Shown here piece by piece: positions 38,093-47,492 of a stretch of DNA of 64,000 nucleotides. The stretch spans positions 1-64,000 of IMG/VR virus record IMGVR_UViG_3300045391_000819. The stretch is one strand, 5' to 3'. Position 1 is the stretch's first letter. The number at the start of each line of letters is the position of its first letter. Made by a program: the position numbers and the translations under genes. The notes under the pieces were generated by a model. The model made no database searches, was not told the DNA's origin, and was given only the letters and a program-made list of their open reading frames with translations. The stretch is from a virus.

Positions 38093-39195
38093 TGAAGATA
38101 CATGAAGAGCGTAGAAAAACTCAAATTGAGGCTGTTGATGCCCTTGAAAACAATGGATTCAATGGTTTTGTTATTGCCCCTACAGGGATTGGAAAGGCTT
38201 GGATTTTGATTGAATCCTTGAAGAGAATAAAACCTAAAGGAAGGATTTGGTATCTCTGTGATTCTGAGGATAATAGAGATACAACATTCAGAAATGAATT
38301 AATCAAGTGGGGGGCTGAGAAGTGGGTTGATAAGATTGAGTTTATGTGCTATCAAACGGCATATAAATTATCTGATGAAAAGGTTGAGCTTGGCCTATTC
38401 GATGAAGCAGACATGGCCCTTACTCCTGAATATAGTAAGGGTATGACTCAAAATAAGTTCAAGTATAAGGTGGCTGTAAGTGCTACCCTTGAAGGAAGTA
38501 AACGTGGATTAGCTAAGTCTATAGTTCCGATAGTATATGAGAAGGAATTGAAAGAGGTTGAAGATGCAAAGCTGTTAAATCCTGCCAAACACTATCTTGT
38601 TAACTTTATGTTAAGCAAGAAGGAGAATGAGAAGTATTTGAATTATAACTATAGATTTGGCAAGCTATTAATGGGAAATGCTCATAGAAATCGTGAGGCT
38701 TTAGAATTCTTGCAGATTCAAAGAAAGCATTTTCTGTCGTCGCTCGACACTTCTAGGAATGTTTGTAGAAAACTGTTAAAACAACTTCATAAAGTTGAAG
38801 ATAATAAAATAATGGTTTTCTGTGGCCTGTCCGATCAGGCAGATAAAATATGTAAATATTCTTACCATGCTAAAAGCAAGGAGAACTATTTAGTTCCATT
38901 TCATGAAGGTAAGATTCGTGTGATTGCTGTGGTTGGCAAGGTTGATAGGGGACAGAATATAGATGGAATAAATAACATTGTATTTGAGTCTCCAACTAAA
39001 TCTCCTACCAAATTCACACAGAAGTCCGGTAGAGGTAGAAGGCTGGCTCAGCATGAAACGTTACATATTTACTATCTTATCCCTTATTATGTTGATAGAA
39101 AGGGAGAAGTATCACCTACGATTGTAAAAAAGTGGGTGTATCAAGCTACTAATAAAATTAATTTTAATCCTATAACATTTAAATTCCATGATTGA
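38092..39195 (+). CDS. superfamily 2 helicase
   Basis: APTGIGK, FDEAD, SAT, GQNIDG, QKSGRGRR. Confidence 0.9.
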   Translation: MKIHEERRKTQIEAVDALENNGFNGFVIAPTGIGKAWILIESLKRIKPKGRIWYLCDSEDNRDTTFRNELIKWGAEKWVDKIEFMCYQTAYKLSDEKVELGLFDEADMALTPEYSKGMTQNKFKYKVAVSATLEGSKRGLAKSIVPIVYEKELKEVEDAKLLNPAKHYLVNFMLSKKENEKYLNYNYRFGKLLMGNAHRNREALEFLQIQRKHFLSSLDTSRNVCRKLLKQLHKVEDNKIMVFCGLSDQADKICKYSYHAKSKENYLVPFHEGKIRVIAVVGKVDRGQNIDGINNIVFESPTKSPTKFTQKSGRGRRLAQHETLHIYYLIPYYVDRKGEVSPTIVKKWVYQATNKINFNPITFKFHD

Positions 39196-39802
39196 TTTCA
39201 CTACAAAGCTAATAAAGAAGTTTAAAGATGCAGGATTTTTTCCTGACACAATGTTTACATGTCTCTTGGTTTTGGACTCACTTGAGAATGGAAACTTGGA
39301 CGTCTTGGATGCTTTGGATGATGCTTCCACATCTAAGAGAATGTTGTTGCTATACTTTGATTTGATTCGTAGAGGATTGATTGAGTCTGCTCCAGATAAT
39401 CTGCTTGCTCTTTACAAGATAACAGAGAAAGGAACTCAATTCTTAAACTCTCTAAATGAAGAAGATGTACCTGAGACTACTGAAGATTGGATAGAAGATT
39501 GGATAGAGCTTTGGCCTAAAGGAGTAACATCAGGAGGCAAACTTGTAAGAAGTGATGCGAAAGGATGTCTTAAAAAATTGAAAACATTTATTAAGGAATA
39601 TAAGTACGATAAAAGTCTTATTTTTGAAGCCACTAAAAAATATGTAGAATCCTTCGAGCCAACAGGTTATGCCTATATGAAGGCTGCTACAAACTTTATC
39701 CATAAACGTGGAGAGGGTTCAGAATTGGCTGCATGGTGCGAAAAAGTATTAAACACAGAAACAGAAGAGGTATACAGTTCTATAGATAATGGACTTATAT
39801 AA
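39188..39802 (+). CDS. putative replication-initiation/helicase-loader-like protein
   Basis: Winged-helix-like N-part (LIRRGLI...YKITEKG); sits between helicases. Confidence 0.45.
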   Translation: MIDFTTKLIKKFKDAGFFPDTMFTCLLVLDSLENGNLDVLDALDDASTSKRMLLLYFDLIRRGLIESAPDNLLALYKITEKGTQFLNSLNEEDVPETTEDWIEDWIELWPKGVTSGGKLVRSDAKGCLKKLKTFIKEYKYDKSLIFEATKKYVESFEPTGYAYMKAATNFIHKRGEGSELAAWCEKVLNTETEEVYSSIDNGLI

Positions 39803-40970
39803 TAAAGCATTAGCAAAGATTGAGGACGATAAGCGTCGCAGAGCCACAGGCGAACACTTGTGCATACCATACCCATATCCAAGACTGAACGATATACTAG
39901 GCGGAATAGATAAAGGCCAAGCTATTGGGATTCTTGGGGCTACAGGTACAGGTAAATCCAAATGGGCACGCTATACCTTTTTATATTCAGTTTACAGATT
40001 CTATAAAGAAACAGGATATAAGGTAAGAATCTTATGGTTCTGCATGGAAGATCAGAAAGAACAAACCTTTGACTTTGTACTATGTAACTATTTGAAGGAG
40101 CAAAAGAACATTCTTGTAACACATAAGGACTTACATTCAAGGGATAAGGAATTACCACAATTTGTTCTGGATGAAATAAAGAAGGCGAAAGAGTACTTTA
40201 ATGAATTTGGAAAAGTAGTTACATTCATTGATGGTATAACTGAACCTACTGAACTCTATGGTATCTGTAGGCAGATAGCCCTCAATATGGGGACGGTGAA
40301 GAAATGGAACGAAGTAATTGATGGTAAGGAGATTACACAATATAGTTATGAATCTGATACTCATGTGATTGCAGTGTTTGATAACATGAGTAATATTGAT
40401 ACTGAGGATGGTACGTCAAATGAGCAATCGGCTATCTTGAAGTTTGTAAAGGAGTACATGAGGCTTAAGCTTTGTAACTTCTTTAGATGGACTTGTCTAA
40501 TGGTTATGCAGCTTGATTTTGAATCTGAGCGTCAAGCCTTTAATAGAGCTGGTGATACAGTACTGGCTAAGATTGAGCCGAGCCTAGCATCTATTGGTGA
40601 TAGTAAACGAAGTAGTAGAAGCTTTCACCTGATTCTGAGTATGTTCGAACCATCTCGTTATGAACTTATTCATTATCCGATACCATCTAAGAATGACCCT
40701 GAGAACTGCTATCGTATTGACGTTCTTGGAAATAGATTCAGAGCACTTAGGATATTAAAGACTAATGGAACAGAGACAGGAAAAAGAATTGGATTATTGT
40801 TTGATGCGATTGGTGAAACATTTCAGGAATTACCACAGCCTAAGAGTGAAGAACTTAAAAGTATTTATCAGGATTTAACAAAGAATTCATTAAATAAATT
40901 TGTTAATCAGAAACAAAGTAGTATCTTTGTACCGAAATCAAATGATGAGGTTACAGAAGACCCATTTTAA
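39789..40970 (+). CDS. dnaB: DnaB-like replicative helicase
   Basis: GATGTGKS Walker A, VFDNM, VMQL, LASIGDSK. Confidence 0.85.
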   Translation: MDLYNKALAKIEDDKRRRATGEHLCIPYPYPRLNDILGGIDKGQAIGILGATGTGKSKWARYTFLYSVYRFYKETGYKVRILWFCMEDQKEQTFDFVLCNYLKEQKNILVTHKDLHSRDKELPQFVLDEIKKAKEYFNEFGKVVTFIDGITEPTELYGICRQIALNMGTVKKWNEVIDGKEITQYSYESDTHVIAVFDNMSNIDTEDGTSNEQSAILKFVKEYMRLKLCNFFRWTCLMVMQLDFESERQAFNRAGDTVLAKIEPSLASIGDSKRSSRSFHLILSMFEPSRYELIHYPIPSKNDPENCYRIDVLGNRFRALRILKTNGTETGKRIGLLFDAIGETFQELPQPKSEELKSIYQDLTKNSLNKFVNQKQSSIFVPKSNDEVTEDPF

Positions 40971-40973
40971 ATT

Positions 40974-41216
40974 ATGGCAGCACCGATAACAACAACTCAA
41001 ACAACACAATCAATGTCGTGGACAGATGCAGAAGGGTCTGCTACGGCTACAATAAATGTTACTAATGAGGAAGCACCAGTACTTGTTGAGTATTTTATTT
41101 TGAATACAACAAGTCAAAACATGCTTGCTTTTAATCCATTAACCACAGCACAGCTAACCTTTGTGAATCAAGTATTCACTGATATTTTAGCTGCATTAAA
41201 TCCAAATGAGGAATAA
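40974..41216 (+). CDS. hypothetical protein
   Basis: 80-aa ORF. Confidence 0.6.
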   Translation: MAAPITTTQTTQSMSWTDAEGSATATINVTNEEAPVLVEYFILNTTSQNMLAFNPLTTAQLTFVNQVFTDILAALNPNEE

Positions 41217-41221
41217 TCTTA

Positions 41222-41977
41222 ATGAGTATAGTAAAAAACCCGATATTTATAGACAAGGAAAAGAATACGATTGAGTTTGCTGATGTTAGATATTATCAAG
41301 CTGATAACGGAGAATACTATCCTTCCGCTACTACAATATTAGATGCTTATCCGAAATCATTTGCCTTTTATGAATGGCTTAAAAGAGAAGGCGATAATGC
41401 GGACGAGATAAGGGATGAGGCTGGTAAGACAGGTTCTATTGTCCACCAGTTGACAGAAGCCTATGATTTAGGGGCTGAGATTTCATTGCTTGACGAAGCT
41501 GATGGTAGAAAGTATAGGCAATCAGAGTGGAACATGTTTGAGAAGTATGTCGAGTTCTGCGAAAGGTTCAATCCAAAAATCATTGATACTGAAACCTCTA
41601 TGGTATCTCCAAAACTTGGATACGGTGGTACGAGAGACAGAATAATAGAATTAGATGGTAAGAGAATCCTCTTGGATATTAAGACTTCTAATTTGATGCA
41701 TAAGCATTTCTGGTTGCAGCTTGCCTCTTATGTTAAACTTAATGAAGAACTAGGTTCAGAGAAAGTTGATACTGTAGCCATCCTTTGGTTAAATGCTAAA
41801 ACTAGAACCGAAGGTAAGAAGGGGCAAATACAAGGGATAGGTTGGCAGCTTATATTTCCTGATAAAGAAATAGATTATTATTGGAGATTATTCCGTGCCA
41901 CACAAGCTTTATGGATGGAAGAAAATGCAGGGTATAAACCAAGAAACATTGTTTATCAACTAAAATATAAAAAATGA
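41222..41977 (+). CDS. PD-(D/E)XK exonuclease (Cas4/YqaJ-like)
   Basis: YPSATTIL, GS.VH, YGGT.D, LDIKTS, QLASY. Confidence 0.85.
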   Translation: MSIVKNPIFIDKEKNTIEFADVRYYQADNGEYYPSATTILDAYPKSFAFYEWLKREGDNADEIRDEAGKTGSIVHQLTEAYDLGAEISLLDEADGRKYRQSEWNMFEKYVEFCERFNPKIIDTETSMVSPKLGYGGTRDRIIELDGKRILLDIKTSNLMHKHFWLQLASYVKLNEELGSEKVDTVAILWLNAKTRTEGKKGQIQGIGWQLIFPDKEIDYYWRLFRATQALWMEENAGYKPRNIVYQLKYKK

Positions 41978-42231
41978 CAAAACAACCGAAAAAAGGATTT
42001 CTAAATGAAACAGGTCTTCAATTTGAAGATATTTCTGCCGAGACTACTCGTGAATATACATTCCCGACTGGTAGAAAATTGGTTATTGAAAAGCCAAAAA
42101 TGTTAAATGTATCTGCTTCTGGAGGTCATCGTGTTTATGCAGATGATGGATATTCGTACTATGTTCAACCTAGAGAAGGTTGGTCTATCAGATGGAAATC
42201 GAAGACAGGAAATCCAAATTTTGTAAAATAA
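41974..42231 (+). CDS. conserved phage hypothetical protein
   Basis: FEDISAE..REY.F...SGGHRV motif. Confidence 0.7.
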   Translation: MTKQPKKGFLNETGLQFEDISAETTREYTFPTGRKLVIEKPKMLNVSASGGHRVYADDGYSYYVQPREGWSIRWKSKTGNPNFVK

Positions 42232-42243
42232 ATTTAATAATAA

Positions 42244-42846
42244 ATGGGATTAGGAAAAGACACAAAACCAGTTTACGTGAATCTATCAGATGGTAGGTTC
42301 TACGAGTCCGAAGATAAGGAAAAGAATAATCCTTACGGTTCGCTTGAAGGATTGATTACAGGCTTATCTTTTAGAGACGACATGTTCGAAAATAATAAGA
42401 TTAGAAAGTGTGTCATTTCAATGACAGACGGTGCAAATAATTATGTTCTTAATGTGAGGGTTAATTCAAGCTATTTTGGTTCATTTGTTAGCTTCCTGAA
42501 AAATGCTGACTTATCTCAACCAATCAAATTGAAACCCGGAGTAAAGAAAGACCCCAAATCTGACAAGACAATTGGAACATTGTTTGTAGAACAGGGTGGT
42601 AGTTTCTTGAAACAGTTTTACACAAAGGACAAACCAAATGGTCTTCCGCCTTTTCAAAAGAAAAAGGTTAACGGAAATATTGTTTGGGATAAAACAGATT
42701 ATCTTGAGTTCCTTGAAAATGTGGTAGAGAAAGATTTTAAACCTCAATTAAGGAAAGAACTTCCTAAGACAGCAGGTTTGAAGTCAGAACCGACTGAAAC
42801 ATTTGTTAATGCAGATGAAGAACCAGCCGATGATCTACCGTTCTAA
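42244..42846 (+). CDS. single-stranded DNA-binding protein
   Basis: Acidic C-terminal tail ending DDLPF; replication context. Confidence 0.8.
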   Translation: MGLGKDTKPVYVNLSDGRFYESEDKEKNNPYGSLEGLITGLSFRDDMFENNKIRKCVISMTDGANNYVLNVRVNSSYFGSFVSFLKNADLSQPIKLKPGVKKDPKSDKTIGTLFVEQGGSFLKQFYTKDKPNGLPPFQKKKVNGNIVWDKTDYLEFLENVVEKDFKPQLRKELPKTAGLKSEPTETFVNADEEPADDLPF

Positions 42847-42875
42847 ACTTTTTTGTCCATAGCTTATAAGGTTAC

Positions 42876-42905
42876 GGCCCGATGTTTCTACGTTGGGCCT
42901 TTTTT
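42876..42905 (+). terminator. intrinsic terminator
   Basis: GGCCCGAT/GTTGGGCC stem plus U tract. Confidence 0.7.
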
Positions 42906-42919
42906 AAAATTGAAAATTA

Positions 42920-43921
42920 ATGGCTTTAATAAAAGACGAACCCAAAATAACATCTGATGTAGTGCTTGGTCAGCTCGAAGAAGCTGAAATTTGGTTTGCT
43001 TATTTCGGCCCTTTTGAGATTGGACAAATAACTCACTCAGTATTCAGAGAAGATAAACATCCATCAACTGGATTCTATATATCGAGAACAGGCCGTATTA
43101 TATATAACGACCTTTCTACAAGCGAAAAGCTTGATTGTTTCGCCTTTGTAGCAAAGAAAAATAATATAACGTATGGTCAGGCTGTTAAACAGGTAGCTTG
43201 TGACTTTGGATTACTGCCCTGTGGAACACCTAAGTTTAAAAAAGGAATGCTTGATAAGGCTCAGGTAGCTGCTAAGATGGTAAAAAAGCACACCGAGATT
43301 GAGATAGTTCCTGAACGTTGGAATGATACTAATCTGGAATACTGGAAAAGATATTTTATAGATGAAGATGAATTGAGGGATAATGATGTGTATGCTGTTA
43401 AGAAGGTGTTTGTGAACGGAAGACTCGCTCCCAATTATTCTAAACAGCAACGCTACGCTTACGTACTTAATGTCGCAGGTAGAAGTTATAAGAAGATATA
43501 TACACCACTTGCAAGTCAAAAAGATTTTAAATGGATAACGAATGTTCCATTAAAAATACCCTTTGGGATCAATACCTTGCCTTACAAATCTGAACGACTC
43601 TTTATTTGTAAGGCACAAAAGGATAGGATGATATTCAAGAAATTCTTTACGGATGTCATTGCTACTCAGAACGAAAGTCCAGCAGCCTTAAATGAAAGAA
43701 CCATAGATCATATACGTAAAAATTATAAATATGTTACTGTATGTCCAGACCCCGACGCGACCGGAAGTAATTTCGCTAATTATTGTAACGATTCCGGTTT
43801 TGATATTTGTTATATTGCTGATAAAGCACAAGCGAAGGGGCTAAAAGACTTTGCAGATTTTACTGAGGTATATGGTCTTACATGGCTTGAAAAATATTTT
43901 AAACTAAAAGGTTTTTTATGA
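42920..43921 (+). CDS. DNA primase (DnaG/Toprim, degenerate Zn-binding N-domain)
   Basis: S.FREDKHPS, ICKAQKDRM, IATQNE, DPDATG, KDFADF. Confidence 0.85.
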   Translation: MALIKDEPKITSDVVLGQLEEAEIWFAYFGPFEIGQITHSVFREDKHPSTGFYISRTGRIIYNDLSTSEKLDCFAFVAKKNNITYGQAVKQVACDFGLLPCGTPKFKKGMLDKAQVAAKMVKKHTEIEIVPERWNDTNLEYWKRYFIDEDELRDNDVYAVKKVFVNGRLAPNYSKQQRYAYVLNVAGRSYKKIYTPLASQKDFKWITNVPLKIPFGINTLPYKSERLFICKAQKDRMIFKKFFTDVIATQNESPAALNERTIDHIRKNYKYVTVCPDPDATGSNFANYCNDSGFDICYIADKAQAKGLKDFADFTEVYGLTWLEKYFKLKGFL

Positions 43922-44136
43922 AATATAGATTCTTCTTTCACTACAACAAACCACTTAGTAAGCAATTAGGAAAAACTATGTGGTCTGTTCATCACAGAGG
44001 TAAATGTCATATGGTAGAAAATATCATATGTGAAGTCCCTCTCGAAAGCAAAACAAACAAAAGGCAGCCTTATGCTGTAATGCAAGGCTTTACCAAAGGT
44101 TTGGTTGGTGATACAAAAACTTTAATCATAAAATAA
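43918..44136 (+). CDS. conserved phage hypothetical protein
   Basis: FFFHYNKP...WSVH..GKC...QP..VM.G. Confidence 0.7.
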   Translation: MKYRFFFHYNKPLSKQLGKTMWSVHHRGKCHMVENIICEVPLESKTNKRQPYAVMQGFTKGLVGDTKTLIIK

Positions 44137-45033
44137 ATGCAAAAAACTACTACAGGAAAAAGATACAATAAAGGAAAAGTTAGATATGAGTTAATACCAG
44201 ACTATCCTTTATATTGTTTAGCAATGGTATATACTCTTGGTGCTCACAAATACTCTGTGTATGAGGATGAAAATGGGAAGCAAATCCTTGGTAAGGATAT
44301 ACCATTTGAAGAAGCATCTAAATATAAATTGATTGAGGATGGCGCAGATAATTGGAGATTAGGATTAAGTTGGAAAAGCTCAATGGCTTCTGTTGAAAGA
44401 CATGAAAAATCATGGAACGCTGGTGAAGACTATGACCAAGAACTTGGAACACTCCATTTAGCCAATGCTGCATGGGGATTATTTACACTCATGAATCAGT
44501 ATAAGACTCACCCTCAATTAGATGATAGGCATGTGTCTTATCTTAAACCTAAAAAAATAGGTCTTGATATTGATGGTGTATTGGCTGATTTTACAGGCTA
44601 TCTGATGAAGGTAAGTGGTAATGAAGATCATAAGGCAGAACACTGGAATGACCCGATTGTAAGAAGGGAGTTTGAAAAAATTAAGAAAGACCCTGAATTT
44701 TGGGCTAATATTCCACCCCTTATGTCTGGTAAAGAAGTGCCTTTTGAAGTCCATTGCTATATCACAGCACGATCAATTGACCCTTCTGTAACGCAAGCGT
44801 GGCTCGATAAGAATCATTTTCCTAGTGCTACTCTATATTGTGTAGGTATAGGAGAATCTAAGATAGAGATTGCAAAGAAAGCAGGAATGGACATATTTGT
44901 AGACGACAGTTATACAAACTTTGTAGAATTAAATAATGCAGGTGTATTTACATATCTATACTCTGCACCTTATAATCTTAAATATGATGTAGGACATCGT
45001 AGAATCAATAGTTTAAAGGAGTTATTAAAATAA
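44137..45033 (+). CDS. dATP/dGTP diphosphohydrolase (DUF5664) fused to HAD 5'(3')-deoxyribonucleotidase
   Basis: RYNKGK.RYELIP...YTLGAHKY...NWR.G...HLA.AAW; then LDIDGVLADF, ITAR, FVDD. Confidence 0.85.
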   Translation: MQKTTTGKRYNKGKVRYELIPDYPLYCLAMVYTLGAHKYSVYEDENGKQILGKDIPFEEASKYKLIEDGADNWRLGLSWKSSMASVERHEKSWNAGEDYDQELGTLHLANAAWGLFTLMNQYKTHPQLDDRHVSYLKPKKIGLDIDGVLADFTGYLMKVSGNEDHKAEHWNDPIVRREFEKIKKDPEFWANIPPLMSGKEVPFEVHCYITARSIDPSVTQAWLDKNHFPSATLYCVGIGESKIEIAKKAGMDIFVDDSYTNFVELNNAGVFTYLYSAPYNLKYDVGHRRINSLKELLK

Positions 45034-45626
45034 TGAATATATACTTTGTAGGGGACACACATTACAATCATCAAAACATCGTAAAGGGATGTTCAGAATG
45101 GGAAGATAAGACAGGATGTAGAAACTTTCGTACCTTAAAAACTCACAATGACGCAGTTATAAAGAATATCAACAAGACCGTAAAGGCTGATGATATTTTG
45201 TACCATGTTGGAGACGTAGCTTTTGGTGGTAAAGAGAGTATTTGGGATTTTAGAAAGCAGATAGTCTGCAAAACAATCCACTTATGTCTTGGTAATCATG
45301 ACCATCACATAAAGAAAAATACAATCATTACTACCAGTAAAGGATTAATGAACGCCAAGAACATGTTTACAACTGTTCAGGATAGGATAGAGAAGGTCAT
45401 ACATGACAAATATGACTTTGTACTTGACCACTATCCTATTAAGAGTTGGCATAAAAAGGAGAAAGGGGCAATCCATCTGTACGGACACACTCACAAAGAA
45501 CTGTTTTACCATCCGCACGCAATCTGTGTATGTATGGAAGTTCATCCTGAGTTCAGACCATTCTCTCTTCAAGAAATTTTAAAAATCGTAAAAGAAAGGG
45601 AAAAACAATTTGAATACATTAACTAA
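45033..45626 (+). CDS. calcineurin-like metallophosphoesterase
   Basis: GDTH, VGD, GNHD, HYP, GHTH. Confidence 0.9.
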   Translation: MNIYFVGDTHYNHQNIVKGCSEWEDKTGCRNFRTLKTHNDAVIKNINKTVKADDILYHVGDVAFGGKESIWDFRKQIVCKTIHLCLGNHDHHIKKNTIITTSKGLMNAKNMFTTVQDRIEKVIHDKYDFVLDHYPIKSWHKKEKGAIHLYGHTHKELFYHPHAICVCMEVHPEFRPFSLQEILKIVKEREKQFEYIN

Positions 45627-45855
45627 GAATAATGAAAGTATATTAGTAATCCCAATCAGTAAAGTGGTTGGGATTAATGATTTATTGGATATAGTTGCCT
45701 CTGATGGGAACATGGGTAAGAAAACAGATAAGTATTACATAGTTTCAACTCAGGCACATTTCCAACCTAATGGAAACGTAAACGTTGAATTTTACAATCA
45801 GTTATTACATTACTCGCATGTGCGAGGACATTCTTACATACAAATAACATTTTAA
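45610..45855 (+). CDS. hypothetical protein
   Basis: 81-aa ORF. Confidence 0.5.
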   Translation: MNTLTKNNESILVIPISKVVGINDLLDIVASDGNMGKKTDKYYIVSTQAHFQPNGNVNVEFYNQLLHYSHVRGHSYIQITF

Positions 45856-45857
45856 TT

Positions 45858-46481
45858 ATGGCAAAGGATAAAAAGATGTGGGGGCCAGCTAAACTAGCAG
45901 GTCAAAAAACAGAACATTTCGGAAGAGAACTGTCAGGCGCTGAAATCTCAGCCCTTTACAATGAAGGTAAGGGAATAGTAGATTATGAAGCAGAGATTAA
46001 AAAAGCAGAGATAAAGACAGGTAAAGGTTTATATGAGCAAATAAAAGGACACTGGGAAAAATCTTCAAAACAAGTTGTTGAACAAAAACTTGCAGAAGAA
46101 AAAAATGATATACCCTACGAAGAAGTAAAACCTCTGCAATCCTATAAAGTAGAAGTAATGGATATGAGTGCTTTTGATTCTCCTTATCCTTCTACTTCCG
46201 AGAATAAACCTAGTAGGAGAGGTTCATGGAGCGACTATACACAAATTCTAGTAAAAGAACTTGATGAGCTTAAAGCCAATCAGAAGCCAAAGGAATGGTC
46301 AGATGATATTGTGTTAATAGATATTAACAAATTGACAGCTTGGATGCTAAGTAAGGAGACAGGAAAAAGAGAATTAGAATGGTACACAAAGCATAAAGAA
46401 AACCTTCTATCAGATGATGAGTTTGACGCTTGGGATCAAACATATGAATCAATTTTAAAATTTAGACGTAATGAACAATAA
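45858..46481 (+). CDS. hypothetical protein
   Basis: 207 aa. Confidence 0.7.
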   Translation: MAKDKKMWGPAKLAGQKTEHFGRELSGAEISALYNEGKGIVDYEAEIKKAEIKTGKGLYEQIKGHWEKSSKQVVEQKLAEEKNDIPYEEVKPLQSYKVEVMDMSAFDSPYPSTSENKPSRRGSWSDYTQILVKELDELKANQKPKEWSDDIVLIDINKLTAWMLSKETGKRELEWYTKHKENLLSDDEFDAWDQTYESILKFRRNEQ

Positions 46482-46746
46482 TACATTTAAAGCAGAAGTC
46501 TTTGATAATCAGGAAGCTCTGAATGAATTCATTTTGAAAGATGAAGATATTATCATCATTAAGGTCATACCTAATGGTGAAAAAAGAGCACTATTCTATG
46601 AAAAGAAGCAAAAGATTTATGTACCAAATAATTATGATGACGATTATGATTATAGTGGATACGGAATTATGGCTGATGAGTATGGAGAGTGGAATAGGGC
46701 AATGTGGAAGAAAGGATTTCCATATCAGGGGGGTATACCATATTAA
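46471..46746 (+). CDS. hypothetical protein
   Basis: 91 aa, last gene of the plus arm. Confidence 0.6.
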   Translation: MNNNTFKAEVFDNQEALNEFILKDEDIIIIKVIPNGEKRALFYEKKQKIYVPNNYDDDYDYSGYGIMADEYGEWNRAMWKKGFPYQGGIPY

Positions 46747-46767
46747 AAAAGCCCCCCAAAAGGAGGG
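46745..46767 (-). terminator. intrinsic terminator at a convergent junction
   Basis: Minus strand GCCCTCC/GGGGGGC stem then TTTTTT. Confidence 0.7.
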
Positions 46768-46797
46768 CCGCACACCACAAAGCTAAACCGGAAATAT

Positions 46798-47343
46798 TTA
46801 TTCTAATGTTATTATTTTTGCTTGTTCAGGTTCCACAATTTCAGTGGAAGCTTCTTTACCAGTTGGGTCTACAATAGCATCAATTCTTGGAAGACCTTCC
46901 TGTTCCTTAGCTAAGTACTTCTCTTCCAGTTCTCTAGCTATTCTTGCTTTGGTTTCCTCTGCTATTTTTTTAGTCTCAGCAATTACGTTTTTAACCTGTT
47001 CTCTAAGTGGAGCTGCTTCTTCATCTGTCATCAGTTCATAACCATTCTTTGCAGCATTTAACTTCTCATGCTGGATTTGAACTGTACCATTCAATAATCC
47101 CCTATTTATAATGTTTGTATAGGCAGCGTAAGCACGAGCCGACACATCCATAAGTTCAGAGAAAACTTCAAGTTCATTACCTGATACTTCAAATATATCA
47201 GTGGATTCCCATGTTGGAGTTTGTCTTGTTGGAGGCATTTGGAATTGGTTTGCATTGTTGTCTGACATAATACTCTTTTTGTGTTTTTGTTTAAATTTTA
47301 ATAAATTCTTATTCCTGTCTTTATTCTTTCTTGTTTTAGGCAT
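46798..47343 (-). CDS. hypothetical coiled-coil protein, lone inverted gene
   Basis: Own promoter and terminator; start at MPKTRK (47343) or MSDNNA (47268). Confidence 0.75.
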   Translation of the reverse strand: MPKTRKNKDRNKNLLKFKQKHKKSIMSDNNANQFQMPPTRQTPTWESTDIFEVSGNELEVFSELMDVSARAYAAYTNIINRGLLNGTVQIQHEKLNAAKNGYELMTDEEAAPLREQVKNVIAETKKIAEETKARIARELEEKYLAKEQEGLPRIDAIVDPTGKEASTEIVEPEQAKIITLE

Positions 47344-47366
47344 TGATTTTAGTTTCAAATAAAGAA

Positions 47367-47398
47367 CAAAGGTAAGTTAAAAAAGTGAAATAACCAAA
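47367..47398 (-). promoter_or_regulatory. Bacteroidota sigma-A-type promoter
   Basis: TTTG-N20-TACCTTTG. Confidence 0.8.
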
Positions 47399-47432
47399 TT
47401 TAAATATTAACAGAAATGTTAAAGATTTTTAT

Positions 47433-47463
47433 TTTGTAATTTGATACAAATACCATACATTTG
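47433..47463 (+). promoter_or_regulatory. Bacteroidota sigma-A-type promoter for the RNR gene
   Basis: TTTG-N19-TACATTTG. Confidence 0.75.
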
Positions 47464-47492
47464 CATCCCTTCCAAAATAGGCTATTTAATAG

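Noticed and set aside
40957-40981. Seventh copy of the 20-bp motif (TGGCAGC at 40975)
   Set aside because: Only the 3' part matches and it is the start of a coding sequence
44137-45033. Calling a 2-aminoadenine (Z) genome from DUF5664
   Set aside because: No purZ or datZ in the window, and the polymerase is family B; DUF5664 alone is insufficient
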